This document shows, one piece after another, positions 1 through 9,762 of a stretch of DNA of 64,000 nt. The position numbers and the translations under genes are program-made. Numbering within the stretch: position 1 is the stretch's first letter; every line of letters begins with the position of its first letter. Location: IMG/VR virus record IMGVR_UViG_3300043447_000086; one strand, written 5' to 3'. The notes under the pieces are model-generated. The model did no database searches, was not told where the DNA came from, and was given only the letters and a program-made list of their open reading frames with translations. Origin of the DNA: a virus (lineage: Duplodnaviria > Heunggongvirae > Uroviricota > Caudoviricetes).

Positions 1-461
1 TTCTTTTTTGTTTGAAGACCGTTTATTTCATCTTTAGTAAGATAGTCAATAACAACTTCTGGTTTATCACCAAAAACACGACTAACTTTTTTATTCATAT
101 CAATGATAGCTTCTGGAGAAATAAAGTGTAATTGATAAACTACACTCTTATCCCCAAGTAATTCTCTATCTGTCATTTTATAGATGTAGAATTTACCCTT
201 GATATTGCCCTTCTCTAGAGAAGGTGTGCTGATTTGTAAATCTAATGTTTCTTCTCCAGCGAATGGGAAAAGGTTGATATAATCTAGAGATTCTTTAACT
301 ACTAGTGAACCACTGATAAATGGAGAAAACAAGTCTTCAAAAATTTGAATGGAAATGACCTGCGCAGCAATATTTTGCGCAAACCCGTTTCTTGTAATTA
401 TCTGTGCGTTATCAATTGATACATCACCAGCGAATCGTACAGCTTTTTGAGAAGATTCCAT
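1..461 (-). CDS. Partial T4-like baseplate hub/tail protein (gp27-like); runs off the left edge
   Basis: Manual translation MESSQKAVRFAGDV...IFEDLFSPFISGSLVVKESL; ATG overlaps the gp53 stop (TAATG); baseplate context. Confidence 0.6.
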   Translation of the reverse strand, partial: MESSQKAVRFAGDVSIDNAQIITRNGFAQNIAAQVISIQIFEDLFSPFISGSLVVKESLDYINLFPFAGEETLDLQISTPSLEKGNIKGKFYIYKMTDRELLGDKSVVYQLHFISPEAIIDMNKKVSRVFGDKPEVVIDYLTKDEINGLQTKK

Positions 462-1216
462 TATAACTGATCTTTAAAGTTGTTTAAGATTGTGCCAATT
501 ATATTTTTAGAAATAATTTTTATTCTGCGTTTTGACTCATTAACAGACTCTTCGTATTGTCTGTTAGAAATAGATACTGCTCCGCTTGTGTTAGAGTTAA
601 CAATAAAACCTTGTTCATTAACATAATGGTGTACATCATCAGCGTCTTCGCCGTACTTGTCAGAAACATACTTTTCTAACTGAAGTTGAGTTAGTGGAAA
701 GTCTTTTCTGTAATCATACATATCATTAGCCAACATAATGATCCAATGATATTCTGCGTTACCATAAATCTTTTCTGCAATAATCTCAGGCGTTTCGCCA
801 TCCATTATATCGTAAGATTCATACGTGGTAATATTAGACAGAACTTCTTTACGGAAACGAATATTTCTACTAATATCAGTTAACGCATATGCTTTGGTCT
901 GTTTTTTGATGTTGCCATAAGGTGGTGTGATAACAACAGTAGGGGGTTGAATATACCCGCCACCCGCATTTTTCATAATAATGTTAGTTATTTTCCCATC
1001 ACTAATAACAGCATATGCAGACGCAGTAACTCCAGTATTCTCTGGTTGAGAAAAGGTTACAGAAGCAGTAGTATAACCAGATCCTTGATCTGATATAGAT
1101 ACAGAACCAACACCATCTGCAGAAAGGTTTGCTGTTGCTTTAGCTATGCGCCCTTTCGTTGTTGTTGTATTAACATCAAAATCATATAGTATAGTTGGAA
1201 ATTCTTTAAAGTACAT
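461..1216 (-). CDS. 53: Baseplate wedge subunit gp53
   Basis: MYFKEFPTILYD start; GETPEIIAEKIYGNAEYHWIIMLAN LysM-like motif. Confidence 0.85.
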   Translation of the reverse strand: MYFKEFPTILYDFDVNTTTTKGRIAKATANLSADGVGSVSISDQGSGYTTASVTFSQPENTGVTASAYAVISDGKITNIIMKNAGGGYIQPPTVVITPPYGNIKKQTKAYALTDISRNIRFRKEVLSNITTYESYDIMDGETPEIIAEKIYGNAEYHWIIMLANDMYDYRKDFPLTQLQLEKYVSDKYGEDADDVHHYVNEQGFIVNSNTSGAVSISNRQYEESVNESKRRIKIISKNIIGTILNNFKDQL

Positions 1217-1217
1217 T

Positions 1218-2393
1218 TTATAGTCCGTTCTTAACTTTATCTTTTGTCAACAGAGCCAATTCACGGAATTCTAATGTTATATTAATCTGGGTAGGCATAC
1301 CATTAGGGAAAGTGGTAAACAACCCATTTGGTGTATAGTTAACATTCATACTCGTCAAAACACAAGATGTGTGACGGTGTAAGTTTCTGTTTTCTTTACC
1401 ATTAGCAAAGTACGTGATATCGAATTCAGAAGGATAGATGTAAACGAAGTTGTTGTTATCTTTAAATTCTGGATGCATGTGGTATTTGAATTCTTCAATA
1501 ATTCTCAATACGTTTGCAGCTTCTTTATCATCTCTTGGGAAAAATTGATAGTCAAAACTAAATGTTCTAAAATCAACACCCTTGAACACTTGTTCTTTTT
1601 TAGGGTTTGCTGCTAGACCAAGAGCAGCCGATGCACCGCCAGCAATGTTTGCAGGTAGTTTAGATAGAGATAAGTTAGCGATAACTGCTGCGCCAACACC
1701 TTTAACATCTGATTTATTGTCGCCTTGTAGGGCTTTCATAATTTCCGTTCCACCAGCATTCACCATAGCTAGTGCAGAAGTATCATCTTCAGACCATTGG
1801 ACACCATATCTAACAGAAAGTTGATTCGGTACGTGAAGAGCGATAGCAGTTTTTAGTCTTCTTTGGGAGCGTTTTGCGTCTGGTGCCAAAGATGCAGTAG
1901 CAGTTAGACCAATAGCAGGAGCAGCAGCTGCTGCGGCTGCAACTTTACCTGCGGTTTTAACAGTATTCTTAACACCACCGCCGCCAGCTAAAACACCACC
2001 AGCAACCAGACCCTCGATAGCTGCCACACCAGCACCAGATCCAACCAACCCAGCCTTAGACATATTCATACCAACAAGATCTCCACGATCTCTAGGTGGA
2101 TAGTCATCTACTGTAGCAACATCACCCTTTTTGAATAACTTTGAATCCGTAGCCACGTTAATATAGAACAAAACATAACTACCACCGTATCTACCGTCTG
2201 CAGCCATCAGATCGTTAGGATAAGAGTGATTCTTTATGTCATATTTTCCGTCGTCTAATGGAGAGCCTGTGCCTCGTGCAGTCCACAAATTAGGGGGCTG
2301 ACGGCTATTGACATTGGTGTTTTTGTCAATAGCACCTTTAACGGATGATTTGGCGTTGGTGTACGCCTGAGAGATGTTATCTAGTAATCCCAT
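1218..2393 (-). CDS. 48: Baseplate tail-tube cap gp48
   Basis: NPKKEQVFKGVDFRTFSFDYQFFPR...FKYHMHPE; YPSEFDI; CVLTSMNVNYTP. Confidence 0.85.
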   Translation of the reverse strand: MGLLDNISQAYTNAKSSVKGAIDKNTNVNSRQPPNLWTARGTGSPLDDGKYDIKNHSYPNDLMAADGRYGGSYVLFYINVATDSKLFKKGDVATVDDYPPRDRGDLVGMNMSKAGLVGSGAGVAAIEGLVAGGVLAGGGGVKNTVKTAGKVAAAAAAAPAIGLTATASLAPDAKRSQRRLKTAIALHVPNQLSVRYGVQWSEDDTSALAMVNAGGTEIMKALQGDNKSDVKGVGAAVIANLSLSKLPANIAGGASAALGLAANPKKEQVFKGVDFRTFSFDYQFFPRDDKEAANVLRIIEEFKYHMHPEFKDNNNFVYIYPSEFDITYFANGKENRNLHRHTSCVLTSMNVNYTPNGLFTTFPNGMPTQINITLEFRELALLTKDKVKNGL

Positions 2394-2402
2394 TGTGTTC
2401 TT

Positions 2403-2448
2403 CTAAATAAGTGGGGTGGTTATTTATACTTCCAAATAGTTATTTATG
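2403..2448. promoter_or_regulatory. Divergent T4-type late promoters
   Basis: TATAAATA on - (2421-2428), CATAAATA on - (2441-2448), CTAAATA on + (2403-2409) between divergent structural genes. Confidence 0.7.
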
Positions 2449-2874
2449 TTCCATAAATCAAAGTTTACTCCTATCTTCCCCGAAAAGTATGTCGGAGACC
2501 ACACTAACATTATCTGTAGGTCTTCTTGGGAACGCACATTTGCAAATTGGTGCGATAAAAATCCATCTATCGTAAAATGGAATTCTGAAGAAACAATCAT
2601 ACCCTACAGATGTCCAACAGACGGTAGAGTTCACCGTTATTTTGTCGATTTCAAGATAACGACAGCGGACGGTAAGACTTACTTGGTAGAAGTCAAACCA
2701 CACAAACAGACTGAACCGCCAGTCTATCCAGGACGCAATACTCAAAAATACCTACTAGAGTCGATGACCTATATCAAAAACCAAGCAAAATGGTCTGCAG
2801 CTAGGGAATATTGTAAAGATAGACGCTGGGAATTTAAGATCATAACTGAGTATGAACTTGGTCTAAAGTCCTAA
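2446..2874 (+). CDS. 4: Head completion nuclease gp4
   Basis: RSSWERTFANWCDKNPSIVKWNSEE...HRYFVDF...EVKP TnsA-like motif. Confidence 0.9.
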   Translation: MFHKSKFTPIFPEKYVGDHTNIICRSSWERTFANWCDKNPSIVKWNSEETIIPYRCPTDGRVHRYFVDFKITTADGKTYLVEVKPHKQTEPPVYPGRNTQKYLLESMTYIKNQAKWSAAREYCKDRRWEFKIITEYELGLKS

Positions 2875-2882
2875 ATAATTAA

Positions 2883-3491
2883 ATGCCTAATCGTACAAGT
2901 AAATCCCTGCTAGATGTATTCGAACGCAACAAATATGATCTTCCTGCTGCAGTAAGAAAATCACGAGGTTGGTTCGAAACACAGGTCAATATGTTGACCA
3001 AGCAAAACCTCACCCCTCAAAAAGTGTTGGGTGGAAAACCAGAAGATCTAACAACTACTCTGATTCCAGGGAATTTGTACATGTATGGTTATGATCCTAA
3101 ACTAAAGAACGAACTTCCGTATTATGATCGGTTTCCACTAGTTTTTCCATTTAGAAAAACTGCAGATGGTTTCATTGGGCTGAATATGCACTATTTGCCA
3201 TATCACCTTAGAATAGGTCTATTAGACAAATTGATGGTTTTTAGGTCTAACAATAGAATGGACGAAACCACTCGCCTAAAATACTCTTGGGCTACTATTG
3301 ACGGTATCTCTAAATTTAATGCTGCTATCCCATGCGTGAAACAATACCTGAACGCACACGTTAAAACCCAGTTTAGAAAAATTGATTCAGAGGATTGGGC
3401 TACAGCTATGCTTCTTCCAGTTGAACGTTTTGTTGGTGCGTCAAAGCAAGAAGTTTGGACAGAATCACAAAGAAAAATAAGAAGAGCGTAA
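2883..3491 (+). CDS. 2: DNA end protector gp2
   Basis: YDPKLKNELPYYDRFPLVFP, GLNMHYLP; preceded by CTAAATA at 2871-2877. Confidence 0.9.
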   Translation: MPNRTSKSLLDVFERNKYDLPAAVRKSRGWFETQVNMLTKQNLTPQKVLGGKPEDLTTTLIPGNLYMYGYDPKLKNELPYYDRFPLVFPFRKTADGFIGLNMHYLPYHLRIGLLDKLMVFRSNNRMDETTRLKYSWATIDGISKFNAAIPCVKQYLNAHVKTQFRKIDSEDWATAMLLPVERFVGASKQEVWTESQRKIRRA

Positions 3492-3492
3492 A

Positions 3493-4236
3493 ATGGACAT
3501 TAGAAATCTACCACTAGGTGGCAACTTAGGTAATATTCTAGGGTTTAAAAAACCTGGGCAATCTACCGAAATTGCCAGAAAAAACCCAATCGGAGACTTT
3601 GTTTCTCAGGTTAAAAGTGGGGGCTTGGCTAGAACAAACAGGTACGCCGTCATTATGGATATGCCTTTTGCGTTCAATAGCAACACAACTAGAAAGGCGC
3701 TGATGTTCTGCGACCAGATTCAGCTACCTGGAACAAACTTTTCCACAGCGCAAAACAGAACATTCGGTGAATTCAGAGACGTTCCATACGAAAAATTGTA
3801 TGATGACATCACCCTGTCATTTTACGTCGATCGAGATATGCTTATCAAAGAGATGTTCGACAAATGGCAAGAACACATTTACGATCCGAAGACTAGAGTT
3901 TTCAATTACTACGCAAATTATATAACGGACATTAAAATTGAGGTGCAAGACAATAAAGATGCACCGCATTACTATGTGACCCTACACGAATGTTATCCTA
4001 AAACAGTAGGCGCTGTGCAACTAGATTATGCTTCGAAAGATGTTATGAAGTTATCTGTTTCTATAGCATATAAATGGTTTGAGACCCAGACAGAGGTTCC
4101 AGACATAGCCTTTACTGCTGCTCGTAAAAATGGTCTAAAAGACAAATTGATGAACTTTGCTGTTGGCGCTGCTGGCAGCTGGGCGGTGACTCAGATTCCT
4201 AAGATAACATCTAAATTACCAAAAATTGGATTTTAA
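3493..4236 (+). CDS. 54: Baseplate tail-tube initiator gp54 (gp19-family fold)
   Basis: ARTNRYAV, CDQIQLPG, PYEKLYDDITLSFYVD...FDKWQ. Confidence 0.7.
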   Translation: MDIRNLPLGGNLGNILGFKKPGQSTEIARKNPIGDFVSQVKSGGLARTNRYAVIMDMPFAFNSNTTRKALMFCDQIQLPGTNFSTAQNRTFGEFRDVPYEKLYDDITLSFYVDRDMLIKEMFDKWQEHIYDPKTRVFNYYANYITDIKIEVQDNKDAPHYYVTLHECYPKTVGAVQLDYASKDVMKLSVSIAYKWFETQTEVPDIAFTAARKNGLKDKLMNFAVGAAGSWAVTQIPKITSKLPKIGF

Positions 4237-4247
4237 GGAATATAGAG

Positions 4248-4778
4248 ATGGCACAAGAAGACTACGCAAAACTGAGCGACAGCGAAAAGAAAAAAGAAGA
4301 TTGGATGAACAGCAAGTGGCGTCCAATGATGGGTTGGATCTATATGGGCACTTGTTTTGCAGACTTTGTGTTATTTCCAATTCTATGGTCTTTACTACAA
4401 GCTACTCTTAAACAGCCAGTTAGTCAATGGCAACCACTAACCCTACAAGGTGCTGGACTTTACCATATCGCTATGGGTGCTGTTCTAGGTATCGCTGCTT
4501 ACGGTCGCACACAAGAAAAACTAGGAGGAGCCAACAATGGAGGCTTACAATTACCAGCAGGCAGCACAGCAACACCTGGCTTACCTGCGCCAATCGGAGC
4601 AACAGCATCCATCCCAGGTGCTACACCAAGCAGCGTTGGAAGCGTATCTGGCTCAGCGCCAACAGTCAGACCAACTCCAACACCAATCCCAAAACCAGTA
4701 GCAGCAACACCTGCTAGCTCACTAGTTGATGACCTGCATCCAGATGATCCTCCAGTGAGAAACACAAGAAACGACTAA
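4248..4778 (+). CDS. Putative 3TM holin with Pro/Ala-rich tail
   Basis: WMNSKWRPMMGWIYM...DFVLFP...AVLGIAAYGRTQEK resembles the GTA 3TM holin family. Confidence 0.65.
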   Translation: MAQEDYAKLSDSEKKKEDWMNSKWRPMMGWIYMGTCFADFVLFPILWSLLQATLKQPVSQWQPLTLQGAGLYHIAMGAVLGIAAYGRTQEKLGGANNGGLQLPAGSTATPGLPAPIGATASIPGATPSSVGSVSGSAPTVRPTPTPIPKPVAATPASSLVDDLHPDDPPVRNTRND

Positions 4779-4781
4779 ACG

Positions 4782-5201
4782 ATGAAAGTAGATGATTCTT
4801 TATCAAATGCATTTGGGTTGGCTCCTATGGCACCCCAAAGCAATGAAGTGATTACACACGATGGCGAAATCATAACTCCACCAAACCAAAAGGTGGAGAA
4901 TGATTATGATACAGCCAGAACTAACCTTCGTGAACTACTAACAACAGGCAAGGCTGCTCTAGAACATGCGCTGGAAGTAGCCAAGTCTTCTGAACATCCA
5001 AGAGCATTTGAGGTTGTCGGCAATCTAATGAAACAGTTAGCCGATGTCAACCAACAACTAATGGACATCCACCAACAAAAACAAAAACTTGATGGACCAA
5101 AAGAAGTTTCTAAAAAAGAAGTGACGAACAATAATGTTATCTTTACAGGTAGCACCGCTGACTTGAATAAACTATTAAAGAATATGTCTAAAGGAGAATA
5201 A
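4782..5201 (+). CDS. 16: Terminase small subunit gp16
   Basis: DYDTARTNLRELL...HPRAFEVVGNLMK...NNVIFTGSTADLNKLLK. Confidence 0.8.
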   Translation: MKVDDSLSNAFGLAPMAPQSNEVITHDGEIITPPNQKVENDYDTARTNLRELLTTGKAALEHALEVAKSSEHPRAFEVVGNLMKQLADVNQQLMDIHQQKQKLDGPKEVSKKEVTNNNVIFTGSTADLNKLLKNMSKGE

Positions 5202-5203
5202 TT

Positions 5204-5926
5204 ATGGCTTTACCTATCATGAACACGCCAATCTACAATCTTGTAGTTCCATCAACTGGCGATAAAATTAAATACCGTCCATTCTTGGTTAAAGAAGAAA
5301 AGGCTCTACTGATCGCTCAGCAATCTGAAGATATTGAGGTTATGGTTGACAGCCTGAAGCAAGTTATTTCTGGATGTGTGCTCGATAAGATCGATGTTAA
5401 TTCTTTAGCAACATTTGATATCGAATACATCTTCACGCAGATTCGTGCAAAATCTGTCGGTGAGACTATTGAACTATTATTCCCATGCGATGAAGACCAT
5501 GGAGAAGATCAGGACAAAGCAAAGTTAAAAATTTCTATCGATCTGACCAATCTTCAGGTCGAGTTCCCGCCAGAGCACTCCAGAAAAATTCAATTATTCG
5601 GAGACGTTGGTGTTATTATGAAATACCCATCATTTGATGTTATGTCAAAGCTGGAAAACATGAACCTAGAAGACGTAGATGCTATCTTCGATGTCATCGC
5701 ATCTTCTATCGATATGATCTACCAAGGTGAAGAAATTCATTATGCCAAAGAACAAACCAAAGAAGAATTACTAGAATTCCTTTACAACCTAACTAATGAA
5801 CAGTTCCAGGAACTACAAAAGTTCTTTGCGAATATGCCAAAGATCTCCAAGACAGTTGAATATAATTGCCCGATCTGCAGCAAGCATCATACCGTTAAGT
5901 TGGAGGGAATGCAAAGTTTTTTTTGA
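5204..5926 (+). CDS. 26: Baseplate hub assembly protein gp26
   Basis: MALPIMNTPIYNLVVPSTG..IKYRPFLVKEEKALL; C-terminal CPIC; ends in FF-stop. Confidence 0.9.
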   Translation: MALPIMNTPIYNLVVPSTGDKIKYRPFLVKEEKALLIAQQSEDIEVMVDSLKQVISGCVLDKIDVNSLATFDIEYIFTQIRAKSVGETIELLFPCDEDHGEDQDKAKLKISIDLTNLQVEFPPEHSRKIQLFGDVGVIMKYPSFDVMSKLENMNLEDVDAIFDVIASSIDMIYQGEEIHYAKEQTKEELLEFLYNLTNEQFQELQKFFANMPKISKTVEYNCPICSKHHTVKLEGMQSFF

Positions 5927-6111
5927 TTAATCTGTGTCACGAGAGTTTGGCGAACTACTATAAAATGAATTTCGCTTTGATGCAGTATCACAAATACTCT
6001 CTTTCGGAATTAGAGGACATGATTCCGTTCGAACGAGAAGTATATGTCCATATGTTGATTCAGTACTTGGAAGAAGAAAAACAAAGATTAGAATCTAAGA
6101 AGAGAATGTAA
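5923..6111 (+). CDS. 51: Baseplate hub assembly catalyst gp51-like (possibly the -1 frameshift extension of gp26)
   Basis: LANYYKMNFALMQYHKYSLSELEDMIPFEREVYV; only a TTG start, inside a T8 run. Confidence 0.8.
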   Translation: MINLCHESLANYYKMNFALMQYHKYSLSELEDMIPFEREVYVHMLIQYLEEEKQRLESKKRM

Positions 6112-6112
6112 A

Positions 6113-7792
6113 ATGCCTAAAAGAACCAGTAACAGTTCAGTTAATTCTAGCATCCGTCAGCAGACTAAGTCTAATGAGGAGGGCTTGGGCAATCTGCTTG
6201 AACTGCAGAAAGCGTCATTGGGTGAGTTGTCTTCTATTAGACAGCTGCTACAGTTGTCCAGAGAATACCAGAAGAACCAGCAGGTTTCCTCTGGTAATGC
6301 CGACGTAGTGAAACTTCAGATGGATATGATGCAGACTATGAAAGAGCACGCATCGTCCAGTAAAAGATACTACAAAACATCTGAAGATCACTTTAAAAAA
6401 GATCAGGCTTCTTGGGACAATGAGGCTAAGAAATTAGCTGAGTTGTCTAAAACAATGAATACGACTGGAAACATCTTCCAAGAAATGCGTAAGAGTTCCA
6501 AAGAAAGAACTAAAAGCGCTGTGGAAAGCGTCAAAGACGGTGGTCTAAAACGATCTGTTATGGGTGCTCTGAACGTTGGTGGTATATTCAATAAATCTAT
6601 CGCTAAATCTGAATGGATGTCTCAGCAAAAAGCTATGGGATTCAAACCCACTAAAGATGATGCTGAGGGTGCATATAAAGCATCCAAGGATATGAAAGCG
6701 CACGAAGCTGAAATCGCTAAGTTCCAAAAGAAAACTGGCATCACCAGCGAAGATGAAATGCGTAGAACTCCAACTGGATCAAAACTACTGGATAAGCGTA
6801 TCTCTCTTGGCGAGCAGATGACTAAGTTTGATATGGGTGCTCAGCGTTTCGATCCAACAGTTAAGGGTATGGTAAACCCAGAAGCAGCAAACAAAACTCC
6901 ATCTGGAATTGCTCCAGCGGTAGTGAACAAAACTCCAACAGCTTCTGCAGCCAAGGAAGCTCAGAGTGAGGAAGTCCAGTTAGAAGGAATGCGTTCTCAA
7001 CAAGCAATGAGTGACGTTTTAAAGAAGATTGAAGAAAACACAAGAGCAGGTGTTGGAAAGGGTGGAGCCACCCCAGAAAAAGTTAAACCAGCAGAAGGTG
7101 GTGGCTTGTTAGATAGTATCTTTGGTTGGATTGGTGACAACTTTATGGGTATCATCAAGAAGATCTTTAGCCCAAAGAATCTATTAAAGACTTTAGGTAA
7201 GGTGTTCGCTATCGGTGCGCTTATTGGTGCAATCTGGGAAGGTCTTACTGACGGTTTTGATGAGTTTATGAAGACTGGTGATATTGGTAAAGCGATTGTA
7301 GCAGGTCTGGCAGGTATCGTAGACTTCTTGACATTTGGTCTATTCGACAAAGAAAAGATCAAAGAAGTTATCGGTGATATGGCTACTTGGATTGATGACC
7401 ATATCGTTAAACCAGTTTCTACGTTCTTCGGAGCCATGAAGGACAGCTTCTTGAGTTTAGTATCTAAGATTGGTATTCCTGAAATTGATATCAGTTCATT
7501 TACGAAGTATATCCCAAAGGCACCAGATAAAATTGGTCCATTCTATCCATTCGCTGATGCTGCACCAAAAGCAAAAACACCAGAAGCACCAGCACCTACG
7601 GCAGCAACAGCAGTTGAACAAAAGTCTGCTGATAATGCGGCTGCTGCAGTTCCAGAATCTGGTGGTGGTAATAAGACTAGTGTTGTTAATGCACCAGTCA
7701 CCAACAACACTACGCAGAATCAGATTATTCGTGCACCAATTCGTAATCAAGACTCATCTGCTGGGTCTTATATGCGAGGCAGATACGCATAA
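6113..7792 (+). CDS. Tape-measure / baseplate hub gp29-like protein
   Basis: Long helical protein with an amphipathic G/W-rich middle; directly follows gp26/51. Confidence 0.55.
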   Translation: MPKRTSNSSVNSSIRQQTKSNEEGLGNLLELQKASLGELSSIRQLLQLSREYQKNQQVSSGNADVVKLQMDMMQTMKEHASSSKRYYKTSEDHFKKDQASWDNEAKKLAELSKTMNTTGNIFQEMRKSSKERTKSAVESVKDGGLKRSVMGALNVGGIFNKSIAKSEWMSQQKAMGFKPTKDDAEGAYKASKDMKAHEAEIAKFQKKTGITSEDEMRRTPTGSKLLDKRISLGEQMTKFDMGAQRFDPTVKGMVNPEAANKTPSGIAPAVVNKTPTASAAKEAQSEEVQLEGMRSQQAMSDVLKKIEENTRAGVGKGGATPEKVKPAEGGGLLDSIFGWIGDNFMGIIKKIFSPKNLLKTLGKVFAIGALIGAIWEGLTDGFDEFMKTGDIGKAIVAGLAGIVDFLTFGLFDKEKIKEVIGDMATWIDDHIVKPVSTFFGAMKDSFLSLVSKIGIPEIDISSFTKYIPKAPDKIGPFYPFADAAPKAKTPEAPAPTAATAVEQKSADNAAAAVPESGGGNKTSVVNAPVTNNTTQNQIIRAPIRNQDSSAGSYMRGRYA

Positions 7793-7794
7793 GA

Positions 7795-7821
7795 AAGGGG
7801 GCTTAAAGCCCCCTTATTTTT
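7795..7821. terminator. Bidirectional intrinsic terminator
   Basis: AAGGGGGC-ttaaa-GCCCCCTT between convergent genes, followed by atttt. Confidence 0.85.
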
Positions 7822-8734
7822 AGTCTTCCTTAGCGATCTTCTGGAAGTAAGACAACACATCATCATCGTCATCATTGCTAACTGCTTTAGGAGCAGGAGC
7901 AGGTTTTGACTTGATAGATGGTGCTGGCGCAGCTGCAGGTTCGTCGTCTTCGTCTACCATTTGAGCAGCAGACTTGGCAACATAGCTGTCACCAGACAAA
8001 ACATCATTCAGCTTCTTCTTCAGTTCATCGTAAGACTTGAAGTTTTTACGATCCAAGAATTCAGACAATTTGTGTTGAGCATTTGCAATACTCAACAGAC
8101 GATCTTCATCGTCAGTGATAACAGAAGGTTCCATGAACGCAGATTCGTCATAGTTTGCATAACCATCCTTCTTGCGCATACGCAGCTTGAAGTTAGCACC
8201 TTCCCAGAAATCAAAAACGTTCACTGGCTTTTCGTCTTCGAAAGTAGGACGAGCCTTGTCCATAATCTTGTCAAAAATCTTCTTACCGAATTTGAACAAG
8301 AATACTTTACCTTCGTTCTCAGGATGCTTGGGATCAGAAACAACTAGAATGTTGCAGATGAACGCCAGCTTACGCTTTTGTTTACGTGCAATTTCTTTGT
8401 TGGCTTCAGAACCAGAGTTCCACAGCTGAGTGTTCAGTTCACCGACAGGGTCATTCTCACCAAGAGTGGTTAGAGAATTCTCGATGTACCATTTACCAGT
8501 TGGACCTTGGAAACCGTGCGAAAAGATACGAACCCATGGGAGTTCATCACCTTCAACACGTGGGAGGAAACGAATCGTTGCAGTGCCGTTGCCAGCCTTG
8601 TCACCTTCAAGACGCCACATGCGGTCGTCGTTGTATGACTTAGATTCGGTTTGTGGATTTGCGATTTTCTCGAATGCGTTAGCGATGCTACCGAAGTCAG
8701 AGTTGCGCATTTTACGGAGTGTTTGGATATCCAT
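7820..8734 (-). CDS. 32: Single-stranded DNA-binding protein gp32
   Basis: DDRMWRLEGDKAGNGTATIRFLP, HGFQGPTGKWYIENSLTT, acidic tail. Confidence 0.95.
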   Translation of the reverse strand: MDIQTLRKMRNSDFGSIANAFEKIANPQTESKSYNDDRMWRLEGDKAGNGTATIRFLPRVEGDELPWVRIFSHGFQGPTGKWYIENSLTTLGENDPVGELNTQLWNSGSEANKEIARKQKRKLAFICNILVVSDPKHPENEGKVFLFKFGKKIFDKIMDKARPTFEDEKPVNVFDFWEGANFKLRMRKKDGYANYDESAFMEPSVITDDEDRLLSIANAQHKLSEFLDRKNFKSYDELKKKLNDVLSGDSYVAKSAAQMVDEDDEPAAAPAPSIKSKPAPAPKAVSNDDDDDVLSYFQKIAKED

Positions 8735-8751
8735 TTGTATTTCCTTTATAT

Positions 8752-8979
8752 TTACGGAGTATTGTTACGTTGTATAGTGATCTCATCATCTAATTCAAAC
8801 TCGTCATCAAACGCATCGTCGTTCAAATCGTAGTCATCATAATCTTCTTCAACATAACTATTTAGCGTTCTCATTCCGCCATTCTTTCGATTATTCGAAT
8901 GTTTAGCAGGTTTCCCCGAACGGCTAGAGGGATTATCATCGTCGAAACGACGAGAATTCTTTTGATAGGTCTTGCCCAT
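8752..8979 (-). CDS. Small charged hypothetical protein
   Basis: Fills the gp59-gp32 gap; basic N-terminus, acidic C-terminus. Confidence 0.6.
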   Translation of the reverse strand: MGKTYQKNSRRFDDDNPSSRSGKPAKHSNNRKNGGMRTLNSYVEEDYDDYDLNDDAFDDEFELDDEITIQRNNTP

Positions 8980-8984
8980 GATAA

Positions 8985-9587
8985 TTAAATTGTAATTTCT
9001 TCTAAAAAGTGCTTGAAGATTTTTTCGATTTTTATTTTATCGTATTTAACGAACCCAGTCAACTTTTTTATTCGTAAAAGTTCTTTTGACCACATGTACT
9101 TAACAGAATTGTGTTGTGACCAAGAGTCTAAAAATGGGTGAATGTCGTCAATAATTCTAAGTGTTTCTATCGTAATTTTACTGCCCATATACAATTGCAT
9201 AAGTGCAGGGTACTTATCATTCTCGAATGTAAATACAGTTGTTTTATTTGTATCAATGAAATTTAGTATGTTCGCTAAGTCGTCAATAAAAACCTGCGTT
9301 ATACTTTGTTTCCTTTTGTTCCATAATAGAAAGTTATCAGCAGCTTCCTTGCCTTCATAAATTGCGTTATCACTACCATACGCAAAATTTGCAACAAAGA
9401 ACTGAATAATCTCTCTATCAGTTTCGTGTTTGCTTGCTAACTTCTCGAATATGTATCTGTCATTTCTGGCATTAAATGTATCACGTGTTCCTTTAACATT
9501 TCCTCGATTTTCGAAAACGTTAAACTTTTCGGTGGTGAAGTGTAATTTAATTGCAAGGTAATAACGATATGCTTTAAACCCGTCCAC
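8985..9587 (-). CDS. 59: Helicase loader gp59
   Basis: MDGFKAYRYYLAIKLHFTTEKFNVF...RNDRYIFEKL. Confidence 0.9.
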   Translation of the reverse strand: MDGFKAYRYYLAIKLHFTTEKFNVFENRGNVKGTRDTFNARNDRYIFEKLASKHETDREIIQFFVANFAYGSDNAIYEGKEAADNFLLWNKRKQSITQVFIDDLANILNFIDTNKTTVFTFENDKYPALMQLYMGSKITIETLRIIDDIHPFLDSWSQHNSVKYMWSKELLRIKKLTGFVKYDKIKIEKIFKHFLEEITI

Positions 9588-9762
9588 TTCGTGCTTTCCT
9601 ACATTCTTCTTTCATCTTTGGAGAAAAGTCTGGAGATATTTCCGACCAAGTACAGTCAATTCGAATAGTTCTACTTTCTTGTTTAGCAACAACATAAAAA
9701 AGAGAACCCATCATAATAATGTAAAATATGACTGGTACGATTAACCAAAAATTCTTAGACAT
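9574..9762 (-). CDS. Small membrane-anchored protein
   Basis: MSKNFWLIVPVIF TM segment; start re-called at 9762. Confidence 0.6.
   Translation of the reverse strand: MSKNFWLIVPVIFYIIMMGSLFYVVAKQESRTIRIDCTWSEISPDFSPKMKEECRKARSGRV

Noticed and set aside
8735-8790. T4 gene 32-type autoregulatory pseudoknot
   Set aside because: The leader is A/U-rich, but I could not identify a pseudoknot and it overlaps the upstream ORF
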